Source: the human T2T-CHM13v2.0 reference genome, Homo sapiens. Taken from it: 64,000 bases of DNA. Positions 14,856 through 31,699 of this stretch are shown here, in pieces. Made by a program: the position numbers and the translations under genes. The stretch is taken from the NCBI RefSeq assembly GCF_009914755.1, contig NC_060931.1. One strand, given 5' to 3'. The notes beneath the pieces were generated by a model. It was not told the origin of the DNA and made no database searches. It worked only from the letters and a program-made list of their open reading frames with translations. The number at the start of each line of letters is the position of its first letter. Position 1 is the first letter of the stretch.

Positions 14856-16174
14856 CTCATTGCTTTTCTTCTGACTTGCCCTAACTTTCAGGTATCTGAG
14901 GCGGTTCAAGGGGTGCTGGTTTTCTTCACAAGACTGTCCTTTCACTGGTCCCAGAATCTTGCTTTCTGTTCATAATTCCTGCCTCCTCTCTGGCCTTTTC
15001 TCTTTCCTCATGTGGATGTTTGGGGTCCCATTATTTTGCTTCTTGATTCTGTTTCTGTGACACCACTAGTTCAGGAGTGGTGACTTACCCTCTCCACTGC
15101 CCCAGCTCGGTTCTGATTTGAGCTCCACCCCTGTCAGTTCCCTCCATAGCTGGCCTTGTAAACTTGGCAAAGTCACGTAAAGTCCTGTGCCATACGTGTG
15201 CTTTTTTACAGCAGGTGCCCATCAGACTGAAACGTACTGACCAGATGAGGGAGGAGATGGCCTTTGCCTCATAAATGTCATAAAAGGATGGAAAATTGAA
15301 AGCAATGAACAGAGAACCCTGGAAAAAATCATGATTTTTTTCCTCCTGAAAAGACTCTTCACTGTCAAAAAGAGTAAGGCAAAAATATATAGTTCAAAGC
15401 ACTTAGAAGCAGAATTATCTCTAAGGAGAGTACTTTTAATTTTGGATGTCAATGGCTCCTTTATAGATTTTGTGCTTTTGAATGAATTTGTTCAGTAGGA
15501 ATTTCGGGAAGGCTGGCTACATGGAGAATTAATCATACATATAAGCCTTTGAATGTGAGTACCTTTACTATCTTAATATGGCCATTATTTTCAGATGGTA
15601 ATACATGTTCACTGTAGAAATCTAGAAAATACAAAAGCCCTTGAAGAGAAAATAACCCAGAAATAATCCTAACATTGTGGTATATTTCCTTGTCATTTAT
15701 TTTTCTTTACAACATTTGGATCAGATTTTACTCATAGTTTTATATCTTACTTTTTGCACTTACCAGTATCTGTTTGAGTATTTCACTACATTCTTAAATA
15801 TAACACCAACATGTTAATTTTAATAGCTGCTTGTCATTCTATTGAATGACTGTCTTATGACTTACTCAGCCAACCTCTGGTTTGTTACGAGTGAGCTGCT
15901 TTTTGCGCCTGTGTCAGCTGTGGCAGGCTGCGGCCGTGTGAGCATTCTGTAATGCAACGCCCTCGGCTGTGCCTCCGAGGCTTGCACAGGCCTTTGTTGA
16001 CAAGCAATTTCTCTTCTAGAGTGGGGCGCTTCCTAGTAAGGCGGGCATCTTCAGGAAGTGGTGGCAGAATGGAAATCCCCACACTCAAGTTTCCCCTTGA
16101 TAGGAATGACCTCCACTGCCAAGCTGGAGTCTGGGGTTGGCTGGGCTAATGTGGCTGTGTTGTGGTGGGCCAGG

Positions 16175-16227
16175 GTGTGTTTGTGGGTGTGTGCATGTGT
16201 GTGTGTGTGTGAGAGAGAGTGAGAGAG
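16175..16227. repeat. (TG)n-(GA)n compound microsatellite
   Basis: Seen directly. Confidence 0.85.
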
Positions 16228-16364
16228 CATAGTCAATAAAGCCATCCACCACAAAATTGTCACGCACCCTCCAAGGATTGTGCAATTTTCTGTCTTTCCT
16301 GAGATGATCCCCCTTTGTCTGAGATGATGACTTCCCTTTGGCTGTGCTTTGATTTTTATTTGGA

Positions 16365-16732
16365 CACCATGAACTGAGTGGTTTAAAAACAGATATTTGT
16401 TTTCTCACAGTTCTGGAGGCTGGAAGTCCCAGATCAAGGTGCTGGTGGGTTTAGTTTCTGCCAAGGGCTGTCTTCCTGGCCTTTGCTAAATCTCTTTGCA
16501 GATGGCCTCCTTCTCACTGTGTCCTCACGTGGCCTTTCTCCGTGCTCATGTGGAGAGAGAAAGAAAGAGAGAGATCTCTTCCTTTTCTTATGAGGTCACC
16601 AGTTCTATCAGGTCAGGGCCCCACCCCCCTAACCTTAGTTACCTCCCGAAGACCCTATCTCCAAATATAGTCACACTGGAGATTATGGCATCAACATACA
16701 AACTTCAGTGGAACACATTCATTACATAACAC
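16365..16732 (-). mobile_element. MLT1B/C-like MaLR LTR
   Basis: ttctcacagttctggaggctggaagtcc...ctatctccaaatatagtcaca. Confidence 0.7.
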
Positions 16733-16784
16733 CTACATTATGGTCTTTTTTTTTTCCTACAGCATTTATCATCTTTTAAAATAT

Positions 16785-17074
16785 GGCCAGGCACGGTGGC
16801 TCATGCCTGTAATCCAAGCTCTTTGAGAGGCTGAGGCAGGCAGATCATCTGAGATAAGGAGTTCAAGACCATCCTGGCCAACATGGTAAAACCCATCTCT
16901 ACTCAAAATATAAAAATTAGCCGGGCATGGTGGTGTGCACCTATAATCCCAAATACTTGGGAGGCTGAGGCAGGAGAATCACTTTAACCCAGGAGGCGGA
17001 GGTGGCAGTAAGCTGAGATCACACCACTGCACCCCAGTCTGCGCAACAGAGAGAGACTCTGTCTCAAAAAAAAA
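16785..17074 (+). mobile_element. AluS
   Basis: Dimeric Alu. Confidence 0.9.
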
Positions 17075-17459
17075 TTTTTTTTTTTTATTAAGTTGCTTTT
17101 TACCCGTTTCCCATAGTAGAATATACGCTCCAGGAGGGCAGGGATCTTTGTTATTCATGGAGGTCTCCCAGGAACCTAGAAGAGTACCTGCATCTAGTAA
17201 GTGTAGAATGAATGAATGAGGTCAGCAACCATGGCTGTCAATGTGGGGAAATAAAAAAGGAAAAGGATACAATGAAGTCCTGGTAATATGTAGAAAATCC
17301 CCCTCCCCTGGAAATACTGGATATCTAGAAGGGGAATTGAGAGTTATCCCACTCTAGAACTGTCAATACCTTGTCCTGCAACATGTAAAAATGTCACTTG
17401 ATTGGGCAGGATGTAAGGGAGACCCTCCACATTATGGTTCAAACGGGGGCAATGGTGCC

Positions 17460-17815
17460 ATAGTCTACTCAGTCTACTATAAGAACATACCATAGACCAG
17501 GTGGCGTAAATGACAGAAATTATTTTTCACAGTTCTGGGAGTCCGAGATCAGGGTGCCAGCATGGTCAGTTTCTGGTGAGGGCTCAGATACTGGCTTGTA
17601 GACAGCTGCCTTCTCACTGTGTCTTCATGTGGCAGAGAGAGAACTCTGGTGTCTCTTCCTCTTCTTGTAAGGGCACTAATCCCATCATGAGGGCCCCACC
17701 TTCATGACCTCATCTAAATCCAATTACCTTCAAAGACCCCATCTCCGAATACCATCACATTGGGCATTAGTGCTTCAATATAAGAATTTTTGGGGAACAC
17801 AATTCAGTCTATAGG
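17460..17815 (-). mobile_element. MLT1A-like MaLR LTR
   Basis: gggcactaatcccatcatgagggcccc...atctccgaataccatcacattgg. Confidence 0.7.
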
Positions 17816-18413
17816 AGACAATGTAGCAAGTGATCAGGACTTTCAGGATCCGGCCTCAGAAGTCAGGTTGGAAGTAGAATGGGATGCTGTCCACATAACC
17901 TATGCCTCCTCAGCCCAGAATTCAACGATTGGAAAACATTGAGGCATTGCATAGGCCGAGGGGCATCGCTGTGCACTCATTCAGGTCAAAACCTGGCTGG
18001 GCAGCTGCCATTTCCTTTTCACTTTTCCAGATCTTGAGGAATTGTAGTCACTTACAGGTCTAATTTCTTACAAATCATGTTTTTCATGATTTTTAATGAA
18101 TCATGTCTTGTTCTTTTTATTTATAAAAAATACTGAGGCTTCTGGGATGGGGAATGCAGAGTCTAAGAAGTGGGTATCACACTATTTAAAATACTGTGAT
18201 TAAAAAATATTTTAATATTTATGAAAGATTATCCCATAATAATATTTTCGCTGTTGTCATGAATATTTTTTCAGATTACCTTGAAAATTATTTTTTCAAG
18301 TTCCAAATCAAACAAATGGAGATTTCAATTGGCACCGTATTAAATCTATAAATGACTTTGAAAAGCATCGGCACTTTTATAGTATTGAGTTGTTTCATTT
18401 AGGAACATGGTAG

Positions 18414-18722
18414 GTTTTGTTTTGTTTTGTTTTGTTTTGAGACAAAGTCTTGCTCTGTCGCCCAGGCTGGAGTGCAGTGGTGTGATCTCGGCTCACTGCA
18501 GCCTCTGCCTCCTGGATTCAAGCGATTCTCTTGCCTCAGCTCCCGAGTAGCTGGGGTTACAGGCGGGCGCCACCACGCCCAGCTAATTTTTTTTGTATTT
18601 TTAGTAGAGATGTGGTTTCACTATGTTGGTCAGGCTGGTGTTGAACTCCTGACCTCAGGTGATCTGCCTGCCTCGGCCTCCCAAAGTGCTGGGATTACAG
18701 GTGTGAGCCACCGCGCCTGGCC
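18414..18722 (-). mobile_element. AluS inside an old L1M(-) fragment (~18230-19500)
   Basis: TSD gaacatg(g/a)taggtttt. Confidence 0.9.
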
Positions 18723-19106
18723 AGAACATGATAGGTTTTTACATTTTGTTTATATCATTTGTGTCTCTCAATGAAGTTTTGTAGTTTTCTTCATATCCTC
18801 TCCTTTCTTTGTAACTGTTATTCATAAGTGTGTTATAGTTTTTGTTATCTTGAATGGAAGAGTTTTCCAATATATTTTCTGATAATTAATTGCTATTATG
18901 TTGGAAAGTATTGATATCTGTTTATTTTTCTTATATTCAGCCATCTTATCCAACTCTCTTATTAGTGCTACTAGCTTGTTAGTTTATTCTTTTGAATTTT
19001 CAGTCATTTTCTGTGTATAGTGATAGTTTTGCATCCTCCTTTCCAATGGTTATAACACTTATTTTTGTTTCCTGCCCTTTTCTTGACCTCTAATATATTA
19101 AATAGT

Positions 19107-19411
19107 AGCCTGATGCAGTGGCTCACTCCTGTAATCCCAGCACTTTGGGAGGCTGAGGCGGACAGATCACTTGAGGTGAGGAGTTTGAGATCAGCCTGGG
19201 CAACATGGCAAAACCCCATCTCTACAAAAAAATACAAAAAAATTAGCTGGACATGGTGGTGCATGCCTGTAGTCCCAGGTACTAGGGAGGCTGAGGTGGG
19301 AGGATCGCTCTGGGCTCCTTGCTTGAGCCCAGGAGGTGGAGGCTGCAGTGAGCTGTTAAGTGTGCCACTGCACTCCTGCCTGGCTGACAGAGGGAGACCC
19401 TATCTCAAAAA
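19107..19411 (+). mobile_element. AluJ
   Basis: Dimeric Alu with a small insertion in the right arm. Confidence 0.85.
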
Positions 19412-21252
19412 CCATCATATATATACGTATGTGAGACAGCATATTTATCTTGGTCCTGATTTTATTGGAATGTCTCTGAAGTTTCACTGTGTGCCAGTTC
19501 ACCGTGTCCTGTTTGCCTTAACATCTGTTCCTTGCCCTTCCCCGCTCTGTTGTACTGCAGTGGACTGAAATCGGCGTGTCCCAAGGTTCCCATGTCAGCT
19601 GGCTTCCTGCTGAGTGCAGGCCCTGGGAGGTTCTGGCAAGAGATTGGTGAATAGAAGAAAGGGAGAAGCCCAGGTATTCCTCCCTTGTTCTCTGCCACAA
19701 GTAGCAACTCTAGCAACAGCTGCATCTGTTTCGTGGCTCCAGCTCTGGCCAGACAGGTGTCTCCATGGGTCCAGCTTCTGTTGGGCAAACCTGGTTCCAG
19801 GTTTCAGGAAATACTTCTTCCTTTTTTTGTTTCTTCAGCTAGGCTGCCCTTAGTCCCCAGCAAGAGGGTCCCTTCCCAACCCCACGTTAGAGGGCTCTGC
19901 ATATTCCAAACACACACAAATAACTGAACTGAAGAATTCATGGTTGCCTCTGTGTCTTGAGTTCCTGCATCAGGTCTGCACAGCATGGGCTGTGACCCTA
20001 AACTTCTGCTCTTCTGGTTAACACAGAATGGGCCCCAGGAAAGTGCTCTGACATACCTCTTGGCCTGTATCCTCAAAACAAAAGACAACTGCATCTGAGT
20101 GCCATTAAGTGTTTTGGGTTGTGTTGCTGCTGATGTTGGGGGTGGATTCTGCTTTGATGTGCTGAGAGGATCTGAAGGTAGAAGCACTTAGACACAAAAG
20201 AGGACAAAATGATTAACTTGTCAATCTTTTCTCCCAGACAGCATGTGTTCAGTAGATTTTTGAATAAGGAAGTATAATTTCCCAGAAGGCATAAGTATCC
20301 ATCTTCTGTCTTCCTTTGGTGTTCCACTTCGTGGTTCTGGAGTTACACGGGAATTAGGATGATATTTTGCAACAGTTGTACACGGTACCTGAGGACTGTT
20401 TTGCGATATTAAGCAATTCATGTTGCTCTTAACTATATTTCTCGACCCATTCTGAATTTTGGCCTAAAATACAGAAACATGCTAATGTCACATATCGTAC
20501 ATAGTTTAATGTGTTACTAAGAGATGTGGCCTCAGCTTGAGCCAATAGTCGTAAAATTCTTTGGAGAAATTAAAAGATTATAGGTATTTGTGCTATATCT
20601 TGAATTTATCCACAGACAAAGCACATTTAAATTTGATCTTATAGCCACTTGAAGACATATGATGGAAATTCTGACTAGAAAATGCTGCCAAAGTCATTAA
20701 ATTTTATTTAGAAAATACATAAAATACATAAGGTATACTAGATATAAGATGTACCAGCTACCTGAAACAACAGATGATGCTCACATATAGAGCAACATGT
20801 GGTCTTTGGTGGAAAAGGAAATCAATTTTGGATTTGTGCTATCCACAATTCTTTGATATGAACTATTGCTTGTTATTAATAATGTAAACAAAATAGGTAG
20901 GAGGTCCTGAAAGGGAGTCCTCCTTAAAAGGTTTCTGGCTTAGTTTCCTTTCTTTTGAGGATTTTTAACATATAAGCCAAACGAAATCCAAGGATTAAAC
21001 TGAAAAAAAAAGTAAAAAAAAAAAAAATGTACAGAAACAGAAATCTGTAAAAATTAGATCTGTAAAATCTTAGATCTGTAAAAATTCAGATCTAAGTTTG
21101 GCAATTTCTCACTTAATTTTTAAAATATATGTTTAAATTTTAAAGAAAATGTTTTTCTCCAAATAGAAATGAACTGCATGTGAAATCAAAATGATATTAT
21201 AATAAAATATTAGGACATTAGAACAAGAAAATGAAAATGTCTTTATGACTTT

Positions 21253-21430
21253 AAATTAGTCAGGTGTGGTGGTGCATGCCTTTGTCTCAGCTACTTGGGA
21301 GGCTGAGGCATGAGAATGGCTTTCCCTTGAACAAGGCACATGTACCCTAAAACTTAAAGTATAATAATAATAAAATAAAAAAAAAGAAATATCCAGATTA
21401 GGCAAATCTAAAAAAAAAAAAAAAAAGAAA
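21253..21430 (+). mobile_element. Chimeric insert: Alu fragment + L1PA 3' tip + 24-nt extra segment + poly(A)
   Basis: Flanked by GACTTTAAA at 21247-21255 and 21431-21439. Confidence 0.75.
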
Positions 21431-21875
21431 GACTTTAAAGGAGAAGATTCATTATCCCAAAGTAATGTCTATAAAAACTATTTTCCAATCATTATAGATC
21501 AAGATATGGTCTTGATTAAAGACTGATTTTAATAAATTAAGCAGTATGTTTTGATTTTTGGTCTCCTTTATCCTAGCATTGGAATATTTGAAAGACGAAC
21601 TTAAGAAATGTTATATGGATCTAGATATTACTTTAAGAGATGGTAAAAAAAAGGTATATATGATCGATCATGATTTATATGATAAAAGTAAAATATAATA
21701 TTGTTCTGCACTATAAGCTTTTCATAGATGATTGTTACAGTGCTTGAAAATAACGTAAAATTTCAAAATAAGTATGCTTTAAAAATTTTACCAATACTTC
21801 CAATAAAAGTGTTACTGCCTCAGTAGAGTGAAATTTGTCCAAGTTGAAATTAATAATGCTAAAAAAACCTATCTG

Positions 21876-22170
21876 GCTGGGCATGGTAGCTCATGCCTGC
21901 AATCCCAGCACTTTGGGAGGCCAAGGTGAACAGATTGCTTAAGCCCAGAGTTTGAGACCAGCCTGGGAGCCATGGTGAAACCCCATCTCTACTAAAAATA
22001 TAAAAATTAGCCAAATGCGGTGGCGTGCACCTGTAGTCTCAGCTTCTCAGGAGGCAGAGGTGGGAGGATCTCTTAAGCCTGGGAGGTCGAGGCTGCAGTG
22101 AGTTGTGATGGCACCACTGCAATCCAGCCTCTGCTACAGAGAGAGACCCTGTCTTGAAACAAAACAAAAA
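21876..22170 (+). mobile_element. AluJ
   Basis: Dimeric Alu. Confidence 0.88.
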
Positions 22171-22409
22171 ACGATCGAAAAATTACAATGAATCAAAAAG
22201 TTGTTAAGAACATTTGGCATTACCATCAACAGAAGTTATGTGAAAATCTTGATTATAGCAATAGGATTAATGATTTTTCTGGAGTAAACATCAAGAAAAA
22301 TAAGAAAAAATATGTATAATTAGTTATGAATTATGAAATGCTTTTATTTTACTATGTATTTGAACATTGCTGGTTCACCAGCACATGCTATTTTGCCAAC
22401 TTTTATTTA

Positions 22410-22720
<311 letters not shown>

Positions 22721-23103
22721 ACTAAAATAACTTTACATGTATTTATTTCAAAATTTTGTCATCATAAAGGTATTTGTAATATAGAAGGATAGAACACACT
22801 TTGATTTAACAATTTGTCATTTGACTTATTTTAAACATTGAGACTTATGGTATGTGGACCTTCATTTGTATGCTTGCCCTGGGGTCTCTCAATGTTGCTT
22901 TTAACCCAGGGTGCTAGTGGCTTCCTGCTATCAACTTACTGTTGCCTACTTGGCTTTTTACCCTTTGATTTTGCACAAATAAGTAGATACATGTATATTT
23001 TCTTATGCTCCCTTTTTTTTCTGTATGAAAAGTAGAGTTATGGGTTGAAGTCCTAACCCTCAGTTCCTCAGAATGTGATCTTCTTTAGAAATAGTGTCAT
23101 CAT

Positions 23104-23442
<339 letters not shown>

Positions 23443-24438
23443 TCAAACTGGAGTAGGGTAGGTCTCTATAGCAATATGACTGTTGTCCCCATAAGAAGAG
23501 GGAAATTTGGAGATGGAGATGCACAGAGGAGTGATGTGAAGATACACAAGAGGAGATAGTTATGTGATGACATGGGCAGACAAGTACAGAAGGATATCTG
23601 CTGGGTCATAGAGACATGTCTTTTTCATCTTAACAGTGACTCCTAATTGCCCTCTAGAGTGGCTCTATCAGCTCATGCTCCCACCAGAAGTGCATGAGAG
23701 CATGTTTCTCTATGCCCCAGCCAACACTTGATATTAACAGACATGTAGATTTTTTCCCCATCTGGTGGGTAAACAACAGTATTTTAAAAACATTTGCATT
23801 CTGTAGATTACTAGTGAGGTTTTTTTCGTATGTTAATTTTCCATCTCAATTTCTTCTTCTGTAAATTGTCTTTTTATAAACTTTGCACATTTTTTTCTGT
23901 TGTGTTGTTTTATTCCTACTAGTTTGAAATATTTCTTTATGTAGGAGATGATCTTATTCATTTAAAATTATCTCTAGTTTAGGAACACCTTTTACATATC
24001 AAGAATGTTTGTTGGGTTTAATTGGTGGTCTTTTTAGCTTCTAGTGAGATGATCAAATGATGTTTATTTGACCTATTGATATGAGGCACCTGTAATTGTA
24101 AGGATCTTAAAAACCAGAGCAGTTAGATATTATGTGGGCAAGAGGAATGATACCAATGTGGAGCTTTCAAAACATGTTTAGAGGGTGTTTCTTTTTTTCT
24201 TTTTTTTTTTTTTTTAATGTTTTTTTTTTTGTTATTATACTCTAAGTTTTAGGGTACATGTGCACATTGTGCAGGTTAGTTACATATGTATACATGTGCC
24301 ATGCTGGTGCGCTGCACCCACTAACGTGTCATCTAGCATTAGGTATATCTCCCAATGCTATCCCTCCCCCCTCCCCCGACCCCACCACAGTCCCCAGAGT
24401 GTGATATTCCCCTTCCTGTGTCCATGTGATCTCATTGT

Positions 24439-28287
<3,849 letters not shown>

Positions 28288-28326
28288 TCATTAGTTGATG
28301 CAGTTTCTTCCTAGTCTCGATGGTCT

Positions 28327-29343
28327 TTACATTTTGGCATGATTTTGCAGCGGCTGGTACCGGTTGTTCCTTTCCATGTTTAGCGCTTCCTTCAGGAGCT
28401 CTTTTAGGGCAGGCCTGGTGGTGACAAAATCTCTCAGCATTTGCTTGTCTATAAAGTATTTTATTTCTCCTTCACTTATGAAGCTTAGTTTGGCTGGATA
28501 TGAAATTCTGGGTTGAAAATTCTTTTCTTTAAGAATGTTGAATATTGGCCCCCACTCTCTTCTGGCTTGTAGGGTTTCTGCCGAGAGAACTGCTGTTAGT
28601 CTGATGGGCTTTCCTTTGAGGGTAACCCGACCTTTCTCTCTGGCTGCCCTTAACATTTTTTCCTTCATTTCAACTTTGGTGAATCTGACAATTATGTGTC
28701 TTGGAGTTGCTCTTCTCGAGGAGTATCTTTGTGGCGTTCTCTCTATTTCCTGAATCTGAACGTTGGCCTGCCTTGCTAGATTGGGGAAGTTCTCCTGGAT
28801 AATATCCTGCAGAGTGTTTTCCAACTTGGTTCCATTCTCCACATCACTTTCAGGTACACCAATCAGACGTAGATTTGGTCTTTTCACATAGTCCCATATT
28901 TCTTGGAGGCTTTGCTCATTTCTTTTTATTCTTTTTTCTCTAAACTTCCCTTCTCGCTTCATTTCATTCATTTCATCTTCCATTGCTGATACCCTTTCTT
29001 CCAGTTGATCGCATCGGCTCCTGAGGCTTCTGCATTCTTCACGTAGTTCTCGAGCCTTGGTTTTCAGCTCCATCAGCTCCTTTAAGCACTTCTCTGTATT
29101 GGTTATTCTAGTTATACATTCTTCTAAATTTTTTTCAAAGTTTTCAACTTCTTTGCCTTTGGTTTGAATGTCCTCCCGTAGCTCAGAGTAATTTGATCGT
29201 CTGAAGCCTTCTTCTCTCAGCTCGTCAAAATCATTCTCCATCCAGTTTTGTTCCATTGCTGGTGAGGAACTGCGTTCCTTTGGAGGAGGAGAGGCGCTCT
29301 GCTTTTTAGAGTTTCCAGTTTTTCTGTTCTGTTTTTTCCCCAT
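28327..29343 (-). CDS. L1 ORF1p (338 aa RNA-binding chaperone)
   Basis: Full-length ORF1p with coiled coil, REKG 235-238, RR 261-262 and YPAKLS motifs. Confidence 0.97.
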   Translation of the reverse strand: MGKKQNRKTGNSKKQSASPPPKERSSSPAMEQNWMENDFDELREEGFRRSNYSELREDIQTKGKEVENFEKNLEECITRITNTEKCLKELMELKTKARELREECRSLRSRCDQLEERVSAMEDEMNEMKREGKFREKRIKRNEQSLQEIWDYVKRPNLRLIGVPESDVENGTKLENTLQDIIQENFPNLARQANVQIQEIERTPQRYSSRRATPRHIIVRFTKVEMKEKMLRAAREKGRVTLKGKPIRLTAVLSAETLQARREWGPIFNILKEKNFQPRISYPAKLSFISEGEIKYFIDKQMLRDFVTTRPALKELLKEALNMERNNRYQPLQNHAKM

Positions 29344-29649
29344 CTTTGTGGTTTTATCTACTTTTGGTCTTTGATGATGGTGATGTACAGATGGGTTTTC
29401 GGTGTAGATGTCCTTTCTGTTTGTTAGTTTTCCTTCTAACAGACAGGACCCTCAGCTGCAGGTCTGTTGGAATACCCTGCCGTGTGAGGTGTCAGTGTGC
29501 CCCTGCTGGGGGGTGCCTCCCAGTTAGGCTGCTCGGGGGTCAGGGGTCAGGGACCCACTTGAGGAGGCAGTCTGCCCGTTCTCAGATCTACAGCTGCGTA
29601 CTGGGAGAACCACTGCTCTCTTCAAAGCTGTCAGACAGGGACACTTAAG

Positions 29650-29850
29650 TCTGCAGAGGTTACTGCTGTTTTTTTGTTTGTCTGTGCCCTGCCCCCAGAG
29701 GTGGAGCCTACGGAGGCAGGCAGGCCTCCTTGAGCTGTGGTGGGCTCCACCCAGTTCGAGCTTCCCGGCTGCTTTGTTTACCTAAGCAAGCCTGGGCAAT
29801 GGCGGGCGCCCCTCCCCCAGCCTCGTTGCCGCCTTGCAGTTTGATCTCAG
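29650..29850 (+). promoter_or_regulatory. L1 antisense promoter region, directed toward TMEM178B
   Basis: Corresponds to ~nt 400-600 of an intact L1HS 5'UTR, the established ASP position; activity cannot be seen from sequence. Confidence 0.7.
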
Positions 29851-30014
29851 ACTGCTGTGCTAGCAATCAGCGAGATTCCGTGGGCGTAGGACCCTCTGAG
29901 CCAGGTGTGGGATATAGTCTCGTGGTGCGCCGTTTCTTAAGCCGGTCTGAAAAGCGCAATATTCGGGTGGGAGTGACCCGATTTTCCAGGTGCGTCCGTC
30001 ACCCCTTTCTTTGA
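29799..30014 (+). CDS. L1 ORF0 (71 aa, antisense to the L1 5'UTR)
   Basis: MAGAPPPASLPPCSLISDCC...RCVRHPFL*, 216 nt, Kozak gcaATGg; internal donors CAG|gtgtgg (after 29904) and CAG|gtgcgt (after 29989). Confidence 0.9.
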   Translation: MAGAPPPASLPPCSLISDCCASNQRDSVGVGPSEPGVGYSLVVRRFLSRSEKRNIRVGVTRFSRCVRHPFL

Positions 30015-30228
30015 CTCGGAAAGGGAACTCCCTGACCCCTTGCGCTTCCCAGGTGAGGCAATGCCTCGCCCTGCTTCGGCTCACGCACGGTGCGCGCACA
30101 CACTGGCCTGCGCCCACTGTCTGGCACTCCCTAGTGAGATGAACCCGGTACCTCAGATGGAAATGCAGAAATCACCCGTCTTCTGCGTCGCTCACGCTGG
30201 GAGCTGTAGACCAGAGCTGTTCCTATTC

Positions 30229-30238
30229 GGCCATCTTG
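30229..30238 (-). promoter_or_regulatory. YY1 site at the L1 5' end
   Basis: CAAGATGGCC intact. Confidence 0.8.
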
Positions 30239-30374
30239 GCTCCTCCACCCGAGGGTGTTTCTTTGAGAGTGAGGAAGTCATCGTTAGAGGCTAGGCTGAA
30301 GCCCTGGGCAGGGTCTTATAGAGATGTAAAAGGTCTGAACTTTAAGGTACAGACAAGGTGAAACTACTGCAGAA

Positions 30375-30672
30375 TTTTATTTTATTTTATTTTTAAGAGA
30401 GACTCTCATTCTGTCACCCAGGCTGGAGTACAGCAGCATGATCTCCGCTCACTGCAGTCTCTACCTCCTGGATTCAAGTGATTCTCGTGCCTCAGCCTCC
30501 CGAATAGCTGGGATTGCAGGCCTGCACCACCATGCCTGGCTTATTTTTGTATTTTTAGCAGAGACGGGGTTTTGCCATGTTGGCCAGGCTGGTCTCGAAC
30601 TCCCAGACTCAAGTGATCTGCCCTCCTTGGCCTCCCAAAGCTGGGATTCCAGGCGTGAGCCACTGTGCCCAA
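30375..30672 (-). mobile_element. Alu
   Basis: TSD ctact(g/a)cag(a/g)atttt. Confidence 0.88.
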
Positions 30673-30781
30673 CCCTACTACAGGATTTTAAAGGATAACT
30701 GTGGAATTTAAGAAGATTAATATGGTGGTGGGGTGGAGGAAGATGAGGAAGAAGAGAAGGAAGGTAGTTAAACTAATATGA

Positions 30782-31095
<314 letters not shown>

Positions 31096-31308
31096 TAAAA
31101 CTGAGATTTAGAAAGAAGATCTGCATGAGAAAAGAAAGATACCTGTTTGCCCATAAATACTAGCATGTCATTGACCTGGGAACTGTGTCAGGAGGGCTAG
31201 AGCTCAAAATAACTTTTGGGTTACAAATAATGTCCAAATTGTGCAAAGTTAATTACGAAAAAAGAAATAAGAATATGTAGGGAAACTTTGCTCTAGACAA
31301 ATGGTGTA

Positions 31309-31598
31309 TTTTTTTTTTTTTTTTTTTTTTGAGGCAGGGTCTCTCACTCTGTTTTCCAGGCTGCAGTACAGTGGTGCCATCATGGCTCACCACAGCTACG
31401 ACCTCCCAGGCTCAAGTGATCCTCCTACCTCAGCCTCCTGAGTAGCTGGGACCACAGGTGCATGCCGCCACACCCAGCTTTGTAGACATAGGATCCCACT
31501 ATGTTGCCCAGGCTTGTCCAAACTCCTGGGCTCAAGCAATCCTCCCATTTTGGTCTCCCAAAGTGCTGTGATTAGAGGTGTGAGCCACTGCACCTGGC
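31309..31598 (-). mobile_element. AluJ
   Basis: TSD aaat(g/t)gtgta. Confidence 0.88.
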
Positions 31599-31699
31599 CA
31601 AATTGTGTAATATTAATATTGATATGTGGCAGAGAGAAAGAACATCTCATCAACTTGTTTTGCTTTCAATTGACAATGTCAAAGAGAGATTTTCAGGCC

